IMG/VR virus record: IMGVR_UViG_3300006793_000021
Location: 11,321 to 75,320 of that record
Direction: 5' to 3' (one strand)
Source: a virus
Length of the DNA: 64,000 bases
The translations under genes and the position numbers were made by a program. The notes beneath the pieces are model-generated. The model was given only the letters and a program-made list of their open reading frames with translations. It did no database searches and was not told the origin of the DNA. Below, piece after piece: positions 39,060 to 48,803 of the stretch. How positions within the stretch are numbered: the stretch's first letter is position 1; each line of letters begins with the position of its first letter.

Positions 39060-39125
39060 CTGTTAGAAATAGCATCTAAGTAAATAAGTATAGTCAAAAG
39101 ACTAACTATTTCTTAGGAGAAAAAA

Positions 39126-39998
39126 ATGAGTGAACAAGCAAATAATGCTGAGAAAAATAATGCCAATGCGCATATGGCATTAGAAACTAGAGTAAATCCA
39201 TACGACGGATTTGAAGAATTTTTTAAGTTATCAGAACAAGACAGTAAAATACTGGACGGTGCATTAAACTTAAATAGTGGACAATCAGCGTATCAGTCAG
39301 AGCATTTTGTTGCTGACTCGCAACTTACCCCATATAGAAAATTAAAACAGTGTTTGTTAGAATTAGAAACAAGACACCACTCTTGGCATAATATTAACAA
39401 CAGTTTAAAACGTAAACTAGTTGAAGTTAAAATTGCAAAAAGAGACTATGATGCATGTCAAGATGAATTACAAAAAGAACTAATTGCAGTTGACATTGAA
39501 GACATGGAACATGATGTTAAAGTATGGAACCGTAAAATTAGACAAGCGGCAGAAGAAGTACAAACATACTTAAACTTAACAAAGAAGATTGCTGGTGATG
39601 ATAATGAATTATTAGACAAAGCAATGTCATACGATCATGAAGAAGAAAGAAAATATTGGGTAACACGTATGGCTAAACAAGCGGCTATGGATATGGTATC
39701 CTACGGACGCATTGGTTCAGGTAATATGGATTCAATTGCTATGATGCCAGAAGAAGATCAAATCGAAGCATTGGCAACAACTATACAGTACAATGAAAGA
39801 TTACAAAATGGACTTGCACAAATTGCAGGTGCAGTTAATGAAGGCCTTTTAGAAAATAAAAATGCTATTCCAAACTATGACGTACCAAGTGTAACAGATA
39901 AGTTAATGGCAACACAAATCTTAAGCGGCAAATCTAAAGACAAGGAATCAAATGTTCAGCATACCCCTGAATCCAAAACTGGACCAGAAACAGTTTGA
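39126..39998 (+). CDS. Hypothetical coiled-coil protein
   Basis: 290 aa, helical; TAAATA at 39081-39086, SD AGGAG. Confidence 0.7.
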   Translation: MSEQANNAEKNNANAHMALETRVNPYDGFEEFFKLSEQDSKILDGALNLNSGQSAYQSEHFVADSQLTPYRKLKQCLLELETRHHSWHNINNSLKRKLVEVKIAKRDYDACQDELQKELIAVDIEDMEHDVKVWNRKIRQAAEEVQTYLNLTKKIAGDDNELLDKAMSYDHEEERKYWVTRMAKQAAMDMVSYGRIGSGNMDSIAMMPEEDQIEALATTIQYNERLQNGLAQIAGAVNEGLLENKNAIPNYDVPSVTDKLMATQILSGKSKDKESNVQHTPESKTGPETV

Positions 39999-41010
39999 GG
40001 AATTCTATCAGTTTCTGATTGATTATAAAAGTTACATATACGATGTATACATAACTACTCGTATACCTCCTTTTGATCAGGATGCGATGGGAGATATTTT
40101 TGTAAATGACCCGAATGACTTGATTGAAAACTCACTCATTATTCAAGACAAGTTAGGCATTCCAGTGTCTGCTACATTTAATAATACTCTTGTGCGACCT
40201 GATCAAAAGAACTTAGATTTATGGATTGAAAACTTTAAAAGTCTATATCATCATAAAGGCATTAGGTCTGCTACTATCCCACATACACACTGGGTAATGA
40301 CAGGGCAAATACAAAAAGAATTCCCTCAATTAATGATTAAAAATACTATATTACGTGAAGTAAACACTGCGGCTGATGTTGCAAAACAAGCAGAAGCAGG
40401 ATTTCATTACATTAATATTGACAGAGATTTAGTACGTGATAGAGATACTTTAAAGAAAATAAAACAAGTTAAAGAAAAGTATAATGTTAAAATAGCAATA
40501 CTAGGCAATGAAGGTTGTGTAGGTAGTTGTCCTGTAATGCCAGAACATTTTGAATTTAATAATTCAAGAACATCAACAGGACCACAATATTTTAATGATG
40601 CTATTAGTCGTATAAGTTGCCCTAAGTGGGATATTACAGAACCAGTAACAGCATTAAAAACAGCAAACATTCCGCCTTGGAGACAAGATTGGTATGAGAT
40701 GTTATACTATGTTGATGTTATTAAGATGCACGGCAGAGAAAGTGTAGCACAGTTATTTTCTACAATGGATATTGTTAAGAAATATGCAAAAGGAGAAGAA
40801 ATATTATTTTCTGATTTTGATGAATATATTTACGATAAAAATTTAGAAGGTAAGCCCATCCAAGCATGGAGAGAATTTATTAAGAATTGTAAGTTTGATT
40901 GTTGGGATTGCAATAAATGCGATAACTTATATGAAGCAAAAAATGGTAAGCCTCAACTAACAATTAAAAATATAATAGTGGAGTCAATATGTGGCGCATA
41001 CACGGACTAA
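39952..41010 (+). CDS. Peptidase U32-family-like Fe-S protein (putative O2-independent hydroxylase)
   Basis: INIDRDL.RD...L..I, LGNEGCVGSCP...H, ISCPKW, VDVIKMHGRE, C-terminal CKFDCWDCNKC Cys cluster. Confidence 0.7.
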   Translation: MFSIPLNPKLDQKQFEEFYQFLIDYKSYIYDVYITTRIPPFDQDAMGDIFVNDPNDLIENSLIIQDKLGIPVSATFNNTLVRPDQKNLDLWIENFKSLYHHKGIRSATIPHTHWVMTGQIQKEFPQLMIKNTILREVNTAADVAKQAEAGFHYINIDRDLVRDRDTLKKIKQVKEKYNVKIAILGNEGCVGSCPVMPEHFEFNNSRTSTGPQYFNDAISRISCPKWDITEPVTALKTANIPPWRQDWYEMLYYVDVIKMHGRESVAQLFSTMDIVKKYAKGEEILFSDFDEYIYDKNLEGKPIQAWREFIKNCKFDCWDCNKCDNLYEAKNGKPQLTIKNIIVESICGAYTD

Positions 41011-41579
41011 CAAGTCACAAAGTACAAATGCTACTAAATCAGTTATGTCGTTGCGGGCAATCTTATTTAGAAGTAGGTTGCTATTTAGGTGCAACAGCGG
41101 CAGCCGCACTAGACGGTAATAAACTAAAAGCATACTTTGTAGATCATTGGGAAGAGCAAGTACAGCCCTTAAGAGATGATCTACCACCATTACCAGAAAA
41201 TAGTAAAGAAGACTTTGTTAAAAATATCAAGTACTATAAAGGCGAAAACAAAATTAAAGTATTTGATTCAGATTTGTTTGATGTAGATCTTGACCAAATT
41301 GATCCGATTGATATTTTCTTTTATGACGGTCCTCATGGTCCGCAAATGACATTTAATGCTGTAAAGTACTATGCAACAGTACTAGCTGATCAAGCTATAG
41401 TAGTAATAGATGATGCTAATTTTGAAGGTAGTGTTAGTGGAGCAAAAGCCGCACTTAAAGAGCATGGTTTTAGCATATCATTTGAACGTCTTATACTTGA
41501 GGAAGAGCCCGAAAACGCCGAAGGTTGGTGGAACGGAGTTTTGATATTAGGTGTCTCTCGTCCTTCACTTTCTAAATAA
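40989..41579 (+). CDS. Class I SAM-dependent methyltransferase (Methyltransf_24-like)
   Basis: YLEVGCYLGAT motif I, VDHW, IDIFFYDGPH, IVVIDD; GGAG 5 nt before ATG. Confidence 0.85.
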   Translation: MWRIHGLTSHKVQMLLNQLCRCGQSYLEVGCYLGATAAAALDGNKLKAYFVDHWEEQVQPLRDDLPPLPENSKEDFVKNIKYYKGENKIKVFDSDLFDVDLDQIDPIDIFFYDGPHGPQMTFNAVKYYATVLADQAIVVIDDANFEGSVSGAKAALKEHGFSISFERLILEEEPENAEGWWNGVLILGVSRPSLSK

Positions 41580-41605
41580 ATACAATATAAGTTTAGGAGA
41601 TTACA

Positions 41606-42745
41606 GTGGCAGGATCAAGTTCAGCACCAATTGTTGATAGATTAAGAATCATACCAAGAGCAGACGACTTTCTTGATAGAAATGTTGGCTCTAGTGGAGA
41701 AGTATTCTTTTCAAGAGACACAAACACATTAAGAGTTTACAGTGGTAAAGACGTATCAGGCTTTGAAATGGCAAGAGCTGATTTAAACAATGTAGACTTA
41801 ACTTCATTTTTACGAACATCTACTTTAGCAACTACAAGCGTATCAGCACTAAGTGATGTAAATTATGTATCTACACCTACAGTAGGACAAATACTATCTT
41901 GGGATGATACTTATCAAGCATTTATTCCAACAGACGCTGACTTGTCAGGTGGTAATTCATCTATTGACGTATCAGAAACTGCTCCAACAACACCGGCATC
42001 AGGTAACTTATGGTTAAACACTGCTACAGGTAAATTATACATTTATATCGATGATGGTACAAGTACACAGTGGATTGAACCAGCAACAACTGGCGGTGGC
42101 GGCAGTAGTAATGCTACTACACTTGCAGGACAATCAGCAAGTTATTATTTAGACTATAATAACATTACTAACACACCAACTATTCCAACTGATATTAATA
42201 GTTTAAGTAATGTAACAGCAACAGGTCCGTCAGATGGACAAATACTAAAATGGAGTACATCAAACAGTGCTTGGGAATTAGCAAGTGATCTTGTAGGTGG
42301 CGCAGGCGGCGTACAACTTTCAGACTTTAGTATTACTGCAAATGCAGTAGGAACAGCCGCACTATCATATGATAATACAACAGGTGTGTTTACATATACA
42401 CCACCAGATTTAAGTTCTTATCTAACAAGTTATTCAGAGACATCAGGATTAAATGATGTTGTTTCTAGAGGGTCAACTACAGCACAAGCAGTAACTATTA
42501 ATAATACATTAACAGTAGGAAATGTAGTTACAAACGGTTCGGGCACACCGGAAATAGTAAGTACAAGTACAATTACACTAGATGCTCCAGATGGAACTAT
42601 AGTACAAAGCGGTCCATTTAGATTGCCAAGTTTTACTACAGCACAAAAGAATGCTCAGTCATCAGTTAATGGTGATATGGTATACGATAGTACACTTAAC
42701 AAAGCACAAGTGTATGAAAACGGTGCGTGGGCTAACTTAGCATAA
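41606..42745 (+). CDS. Tail fiber-like structural protein (GTG start)
   Basis: LSDV...GQIL.W, P...GNLWLNT.TGKLYIY, LSYDNTTGVFTYTPP and GDMVYDSTLNK motifs; SD AGGAG. Confidence 0.75.
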   Translation: MAGSSSAPIVDRLRIIPRADDFLDRNVGSSGEVFFSRDTNTLRVYSGKDVSGFEMARADLNNVDLTSFLRTSTLATTSVSALSDVNYVSTPTVGQILSWDDTYQAFIPTDADLSGGNSSIDVSETAPTTPASGNLWLNTATGKLYIYIDDGTSTQWIEPATTGGGGSSNATTLAGQSASYYLDYNNITNTPTIPTDINSLSNVTATGPSDGQILKWSTSNSAWELASDLVGGAGGVQLSDFSITANAVGTAALSYDNTTGVFTYTPPDLSSYLTSYSETSGLNDVVSRGSTTAQAVTINNTLTVGNVVTNGSGTPEIVSTSTITLDAPDGTIVQSGPFRLPSFTTAQKNAQSSVNGDMVYDSTLNKAQVYENGAWANLA

Positions 42746-44574
42746 TGGAAAAAGAATACGCAGTCATAGTTAGACGTGATCAAAATATTAGCGAAGTAGA
42801 AGCTGATATTATTGCTTCTACTGGAAGCGGTCCAATACCTAACAGAAGCGTGGAAGTTGCTAACCCTAGACTAGGGTCAACTCGTATAACACATTTTATG
42901 CTTACTGATAAAGAAGCAGATAATTTATCAACAGATCCAAGAATACTAGCAGTAGAAATACCACCTGATCAAAGAGACGATATTGAAATAGGTCTTAATT
43001 CTAGACAAGCAGGTAATTACTGGAGAGGAACATTTAACAATGCTAATGATCTTAATTGGGGACTTAGACGTTGTATAGATGCAACAAATCAATACGGTAC
43101 AAGTACAACAATTTCAGGAGACTACCTTTATACGTTAACGGGCGCAGGAGTTGATATTGTAATACAAGATAGTGGCATACAACCAGGACACCCTGAATGG
43201 GAAGATGAAAACGGAGTTACTAGACTAGTACAACATGATTGGTACGGAGTAAGTGGAATAGCAGGAACACAAAATGCTAACCATTACAGAGATAGAGATG
43301 GACACGGTACACATTGTGCAGGTATTGCCGCAGGTAAAACATATGGTTGGGCAAAACATGCAACTATATATTCACAAAAATTAGCAGGACTAGAATTGAT
43401 AGGTGCTACTGACGGCACTGGTATTCCAGTTGCAGATGCATTTGATAGTATTAGATTATGGCACAATAATAAAGTAAGTGGCAAACCAACTGTGGTAAAC
43501 ATGAGTTGGGGATATAGAAGTACTTCAAGTGTTGATCCTTCAAGTGGTACGTATAGAGGAACTCCATGGACATTTTCAACACAAACTGATGCACAATTAT
43601 TTGCAGACTACGGTATAGTTACACCTAACGGAAATGGGGACAGAACATTCCCTGCACAAAATGCTTTTGCTGATGCAGAAGTTGAAGATATGATTGATGC
43701 TGGAATTCATGTTGTTATTGCCGCAGGTAATGATAGTTACAAAGCAGATGTTTCAACAGGTAATGATTGGAATAATTTTGTTTCTGTAAGTGGAGTATCA
43801 AGACTATATCATAGACCTAGTTCACCTTATTCTGACAGAGCATTTAATGTTGGCAACATTAGTTACGTTACTAATGGCGGCACTGATCAATCAGCAAATT
43901 CTAGTAAAAAAGGACCTGGTGTAAACATATGGGCACCTGGTACTGAAATAATGAGTTCATCAAGTAATGAAGCTGATTCTGGATATACAACTTATGATTA
44001 TCCAGGTAATAGTAATTACAAAATCATGAAGATAAGCGGTACGTCAATGGCAGCACCTCAAATAGCAGGACTAGCGGCATTACACTTACAAGCAAACTCA
44101 TTACAAACCCCAGAACAATTAGTTACATTAATGACTAGTGTTAGTAAAAGTGTTGTTTATGAAACAGCAAATAATGATACAGATTATGATAATACTAGAA
44201 GTATTTTAGGTTCACCAAATAGAATGATGTTTAGTAGATACGGCGTAGAACGTCCGTATAGAACAAATGGATCTATGACGTTTACTAATTCACTAGCAGT
44301 ACTAAATGAAGACGGACCTCAATTAGAAACTAATGCTTGGTTAGATGACAATGGTACAAATGTATCAGTATCTAGTATTATTTCAGGAGTTGCTTTACAA
44401 GTTAATGCTGTACTTGCAACCAATCCATCAACACCATTTAATATACAAGGACGTTTAAGCGGTGCTACAACAACTGTATCTGCTATAAGTGCTAATACAG
44501 GAACTATATTAGAAATAGACGTCAACAATTCATTTGGATTTCAAGTAGGAGAAGGGCTGAACATTATTGCATAA
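42745..44574 (+). CDS. Subtilisin-like serine protease (S8), probably virion-associated
   Basis: IVIQDSG (Asp), DGHGTHCAG (His), VIAAGN (oxyanion Asn), SGTSMAAP (Ser); N-terminal prodomain-like region. Confidence 0.92.
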   Translation: MEKEYAVIVRRDQNISEVEADIIASTGSGPIPNRSVEVANPRLGSTRITHFMLTDKEADNLSTDPRILAVEIPPDQRDDIEIGLNSRQAGNYWRGTFNNANDLNWGLRRCIDATNQYGTSTTISGDYLYTLTGAGVDIVIQDSGIQPGHPEWEDENGVTRLVQHDWYGVSGIAGTQNANHYRDRDGHGTHCAGIAAGKTYGWAKHATIYSQKLAGLELIGATDGTGIPVADAFDSIRLWHNNKVSGKPTVVNMSWGYRSTSSVDPSSGTYRGTPWTFSTQTDAQLFADYGIVTPNGNGDRTFPAQNAFADAEVEDMIDAGIHVVIAAGNDSYKADVSTGNDWNNFVSVSGVSRLYHRPSSPYSDRAFNVGNISYVTNGGTDQSANSSKKGPGVNIWAPGTEIMSSSSNEADSGYTTYDYPGNSNYKIMKISGTSMAAPQIAGLAALHLQANSLQTPEQLVTLMTSVSKSVVYETANNDTDYDNTRSILGSPNRMMFSRYGVERPYRTNGSMTFTNSLAVLNEDGPQLETNAWLDDNGTNVSVSSIISGVALQVNAVLATNPSTPFNIQGRLSGATTTVSAISANTGTILEIDVNNSFGFQVGEGLNIIA

Positions 44575-44599
44575 ATATTGTAACAGCAAGGATTAATAT

Positions 44600-46246
44600 A
44601 TGGCTTTAAATTTTCCAGACGCACCTAATGCAGACGATACTTATACCGAAGGTAGTGTAACCTGGGTATATGACGGCACTGTATGGAACATACAAGCAAG
44701 TTCTGCATCATCAGATCAAAACTTATTTGATACAATTAATGCAGATACAGGAACAGTAACAGCATCTAATACAACTGATGCATTAACAGTTGCTGGCGGT
44801 ACAAATGTAACTACTGCTATTGTTGGAAAGACGCTTACTATTAATTCTAGCGCAGTAGGAGGATCGTCAGATGTTATTAAAACAGTTACTACTGATGACG
44901 GATCGTATACAGCAAGTGGAGAAGATACTTTAAAAATATTAGGTAGAACAAATATTTCTACAGAGCTTACTACAAATACAAATGAATTACATATTGATTT
45001 AGACTCACACAGTATTGACTTTTTAAGTGATGTTGATACAACAACTTCTGCGCCAGCAGTTGGGCAAGTGTTAAAGTGGGATGGTGTACAATGGGCACCA
45101 GGCTTTGACTCTACAACAGGCGGCGGTGGTACTGATGCAGATACTTTTGATGGATTTGACAGTACCTACTTTTTAAACTATAATAACTTAACCAATACAC
45201 CAACTGTTGCTACACTATCAGACTTTAGTGTAGGCAATGAAAGAACACCAGACGGTAATGGTGCTATTGAATATGATAATACAACAGGTGTGTTTAGATA
45301 TACACCACCAACACCGGGCGGTATTGGTGCATTAAGTGCAGAAGTAAATGATTTATCTGATGCAGTTACTTGGGCAGATGTACCAGATGCAAATATTACA
45401 CAATCAAGTGTTACACAACACCAAGCCGCACTAAGCGTAACAGAATCACAAATTAGCGACTTAGGTAGTTATATTACAGACTACACAGTAGTTGCTAATG
45501 ACTTAAATGCTATTAGCGTGGGCGCACTTAGCGATGTTGATCTTACTGGAGTTAGTAACGGAGAAGTGTTAGCATGGAACAATACTAACAGTAGATTTGA
45601 ACCAGCATCTCCTGCAGGATCAGGCGGTATTGCACTAACAGATTTAAGTGTAACATCAAATACGCCAAGCGGCACAGGCACACTTACGTATGACAATGCT
45701 ACTGGAGCATTTAGTTACACACCACCTGTTACAGGTGCAACTGAAATTGACGATTTAAGTGATGTTAGTATTGCTTGGGTTGGTAACTTACCATTAGATA
45801 ATAAAGGACAGTTATTAAGTTGGACTGGTAGTACATTTATTAACTATACAGGTACTACTATTGATAAGATTACAGAAAACACATTAGTAGAATTTCAAGT
45901 TGGTAATGTAGGTACACAGTCTTACAATTTCTTTCCACATTATTCAGGACAAAATCCAACAATATATGTAATGTCAGGCACAACAGTTTCGTTTAAATTA
46001 GACGGAGCTCAAGGACATCCATTTGCTATTCAAGATCCTACAGGAACTACAATTACAGATGCTACACAAATTTTCCATGTACAAACTAATGGTAATAAAA
46101 CTACTGGCTCATTAGCACAAGGTAGATCAGAAGGTGTATTGTATTGGAGAATACCTGAAAGTTATTCAGGTGGTTATAGATATCAGTGTACTGCTCACCC
46201 TGCTATGGTTGGATCAATTCAAATAAAAAGATTTAGTCAAATTTAA
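44600..46246 (+). CDS. Tail fiber-like protein with C-terminal cupredoxin-like domain
   Basis: MALNFPD.P start, LSDVD...GQVL.W repeats, YDN.TG.F.YTPP, GHPF...YQCTAHPAM.G.I; TAAATA at 44572-44577. Confidence 0.75.
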   Translation: MALNFPDAPNADDTYTEGSVTWVYDGTVWNIQASSASSDQNLFDTINADTGTVTASNTTDALTVAGGTNVTTAIVGKTLTINSSAVGGSSDVIKTVTTDDGSYTASGEDTLKILGRTNISTELTTNTNELHIDLDSHSIDFLSDVDTTTSAPAVGQVLKWDGVQWAPGFDSTTGGGGTDADTFDGFDSTYFLNYNNLTNTPTVATLSDFSVGNERTPDGNGAIEYDNTTGVFRYTPPTPGGIGALSAEVNDLSDAVTWADVPDANITQSSVTQHQAALSVTESQISDLGSYITDYTVVANDLNAISVGALSDVDLTGVSNGEVLAWNNTNSRFEPASPAGSGGIALTDLSVTSNTPSGTGTLTYDNATGAFSYTPPVTGATEIDDLSDVSIAWVGNLPLDNKGQLLSWTGSTFINYTGTTIDKITENTLVEFQVGNVGTQSYNFFPHYSGQNPTIYVMSGTTVSFKLDGAQGHPFAIQDPTGTTITDATQIFHVQTNGNKTTGSLAQGRSEGVLYWRIPESYSGGYRYQCTAHPAMVGSIQIKRFSQI

Positions 46247-46487
46247 GTAGACTATTTAACTCACGTCTTAGATCAACAGTTTCTTTAATAAGCGAATTAA
46301 TATTGCCTAGTTTAGCAAAGCCTCTACTAGACGAATGTACTGTATCTATACTTTCTATTTTATCTTTAAGGGTTGCAAGTAACTGTTCGCAATGTAGTTT
46401 TCCTTTTGGGTTAGTTACTTGTGTAATTGCTTGTTCCCAACGTAAAATATCATTTACGTAGTCGTTATGCTGTGCTAGTGTTCGCAA
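46233..46487 (-). CDS. Hypothetical protein
   Basis: 84-aa ORF at the end of the minus-strand operon; AGGAG upstream. Confidence 0.55.
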   Translation of the reverse strand: MRTLAQHNDYVNDILRWEQAITQVTNPKGKLHCEQLLATLKDKIESIDTVHSSSRGFAKLGNINSLIKETVDLRRELNSLLKFD

Positions 46488-46839
46488 GTTCTTCTCCTGT
46501 TGGAGTTAAGTTATATGTGTCAGCATCATCGTCAATATCGCCGACTTCAGTAAAACTACCACTAGGACTTAAACATTCAATACTTGCAGGCATAAGTGCT
46601 GGTACATTAAATACTTGTCCTTCTTTTAGATTTGATTCAAATAGTTGTCCTGTTGCAGTATCAATATAATTTAGTCTAAAATTACCATCGTTAATAAACC
46701 AACTTTTATTTTTAACTTTATGAAAGTGCATACTAGTTTTATTAGGTTTGTTAAAGCCTACAATTTTACTATAATATGAATCTGTTTTAGCCCATATTGC
46801 TTCGTAACCGTAGGACGTTTGTTTTACATTCTCTGTCAT
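46465..46839 (-). CDS. Cupin-domain protein (mannose-6-phosphate isomerase C-terminal-like)
   Basis: YGYE.IW, TSMHFH..K..SW...G, L.EG....VP...P, EV motifs. Confidence 0.7.
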   Translation of the reverse strand: MTENVKQTSYGYEAIWAKTDSYYSKIVGFNKPNKTSMHFHKVKNKSWFINDGNFRLNYIDTATGQLFESNLKEGQVFNVPALMPASIECLSPSGSFTEVGDIDDDADTYNLTPTGEELANTSTA

Positions 46840-47277
46840 TTATTCCTCTAGTAAATCTATAACTTGAAATACTGTTTCTAATTTAGAAAGGTTAGTTTTA
46901 TTTTGCAGTGTATTTCGTAGTCCTTGATGTAATGTCTTTGGCCAACAACCAAAGTCAACCCACGCATATCCGCTGTGTTCATCGTTAAGAATAGGAATAA
47001 ACTCTCCTTTACAGCACACAAGGTATGTATGAAAATTGAACTTTGCATCGTTAGATACAAAAGTTTCTAACGGAATAGTTTTTACAATAGGAGTTGTTTC
47101 AGATACTTCCTCAGCAATTTCTCTCTTTAGAGCTTCAAATGGTGTTTCACCATTTTCGTTACCGCCGCCAACAAGTCCCCAAGTCCCAGCAGTTTTACCA
47201 CCAGCTCTATGTAAAAATAAAAAACGTTTAGTGTCAAGAGCATAGAATAGTTCTCCACTACAAATTATCTTGTTCAT
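46840..47277 (-). CDS. NUDIX hydrolase
   Basis: WGLVGG..E.GETPFEALKREIAEE Nudix box; LNDEHSGYAW. Confidence 0.9.
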   Translation of the reverse strand: MNKIICSGELFYALDTKRFLFLHRAGGKTAGTWGLVGGGNENGETPFEALKREIAEEVSETTPIVKTIPLETFVSNDAKFNFHTYLVCCKGEFIPILNDEHSGYAWVDFGCWPKTLHQGLRNTLQNKTNLSKLETVFQVIDLLEE

Positions 47278-47285
47278 ACTAGTAA

Positions 47286-48803
47286 TTAGCCGTCTAGGTT
47301 AATTGACCAGTCACCTTTGGCATATTCACCGTCTACACTTAGTAGCCATTGATCGCCGTCCCAGTAGTATTGTACACCTGTATTAAGATTTGTAGTATAT
47401 AAAGTAGTAATTACTTCATCGTTGTATATAAGTTTATCAGCACTTGCATCAAATACTATTTGCCATGCAGTGCCGTCCCATTCAATAATATCATTAGAGT
47501 TTGCAACAAAGTCTGTTCCGTTTGCATTTTTCCAAGCATCAGCACCATCTGTATTTGTTGTACTACCAATGCTACCTAATAATAACAGTCTTAGTCCTGC
47601 TACTTTAGCAGTAGTTGGGTCATAACGTAATGGATCAATAATGTAGTCTATACTTGAATATTGATTTGCATTACGTGCAGGGCCTTGTACAGTACTATTA
47701 CTAGGTAATGTATCTCTATCAAAGTCAATTGTAAGTTTAGTTTCGTCTAATGGATTAATAGTAATACGTCCTGCAAGCATTCCGTTTATATCAGGCTTTC
47801 TAAAATATGCAATACTTAACCCTGCTCTGTAAGATCCTAATAATGCATCAAAATGGTCTCCCCATTTTATATTACTAGGCAATCCGTTTTTAAGAATTTG
47901 TGCTTGACCATTTAAAATTAATACTCTATGTTGTGTGTAATTTTTTACTACTTCTTTAGTATGTCTAGTTTTTTGTTTTCTAGGATTCATTATGCCGTCA
48001 CCATCACTAGGTGCCGCACCTGTGTCAACAACATTAGTAGTGTTATCTAATGTATCTTGTACAACAGGTTCAGTCATTCCGCCCATACTAAACAAATTAG
48101 TACCTTGTAACATCTGTTCAAAATCAACATATCCGTCACCGTCAAAGATGCTTGTAACAATATTTGTAACAACGCCTAAACGTTTTACTTTTGCTGGAGG
48201 ACTAATATAAATTGGAGTACTAAATGTCATTGATCCAACATCTATTTCGCTATCAACACCTGTTGGTATTGAACGACTACTAAAGTTAACACTATCAAGC
48301 ATAATAGTTGTTAAACTAGTCCAGTCTAAATAGTTGTCAGTTGTTTGTATATCTAAACTTGGATTAAAGAGCATTAATATTTGCTCCATAATTTGTAATT
48401 TCATATCTGTGTTTGTTGACCATAGATCAACATTTACAGTTAGCCTGTATGGTGTTGGCATCAAACGTTCTACAGTATATTGTTTACCTGCTTCATCATT
48501 ATAGGCGCCCGCACTATCTTTTCCACGTTCTCTAATATGTCTTTTGTTTACATAACTGGAATCACTAGTACGATCTCTATCTAGTTCTAGTCCTGTAATG
48601 TAAACAGCCATACGTGGCGCACTAGGTATTTTATTTTCTGAATTATCTCTTAATATTGAGCCTACTTGTCTAGTAAGATCTCCGTACAATACAGGTACTT
48701 GCTTTTCAGTGCCATCACCTGTTTGATAACTGAAGTTACTAAACAGACGCATCATCTGTACAAGATACTTTCTTATTTGTCCGTCATAAAAATGTTCAGC
48801 CAT
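47286..48803 (-). CDS. gp15: Tail terminator / sheath stabilizer, T4 gp15-like, with C-terminal extension
   Basis: HFYDGQIRKY, VPVLYG, PRMAV.ITGL..D..R, MPTPY.L...VDLW.....QIMEQIL..FNP. Confidence 0.75.
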   Translation of the reverse strand: MAEHFYDGQIRKYLVQMMRLFSNFSYQTGDGTEKQVPVLYGDLTRQVGSILRDNSENKIPSAPRMAVYITGLELDRDRTSDSSYVNKRHIRERGKDSAGAYNDEAGKQYTVERLMPTPYRLTVNVDLWSTNTDMKLQIMEQILMLFNPSLDIQTTDNYLDWTSLTTIMLDSVNFSSRSIPTGVDSEIDVGSMTFSTPIYISPPAKVKRLGVVTNIVTSIFDGDGYVDFEQMLQGTNLFSMGGMTEPVVQDTLDNTTNVVDTGAAPSDGDGIMNPRKQKTRHTKEVVKNYTQHRVLILNGQAQILKNGLPSNIKWGDHFDALLGSYRAGLSIAYFRKPDINGMLAGRITINPLDETKLTIDFDRDTLPSNSTVQGPARNANQYSSIDYIIDPLRYDPTTAKVAGLRLLLLGSIGSTTNTDGADAWKNANGTDFVANSNDIIEWDGTAWQIVFDASADKLIYNDEVITTLYTTNLNTGVQYYWDGDQWLLSVDGEYAKGDWSINLDG

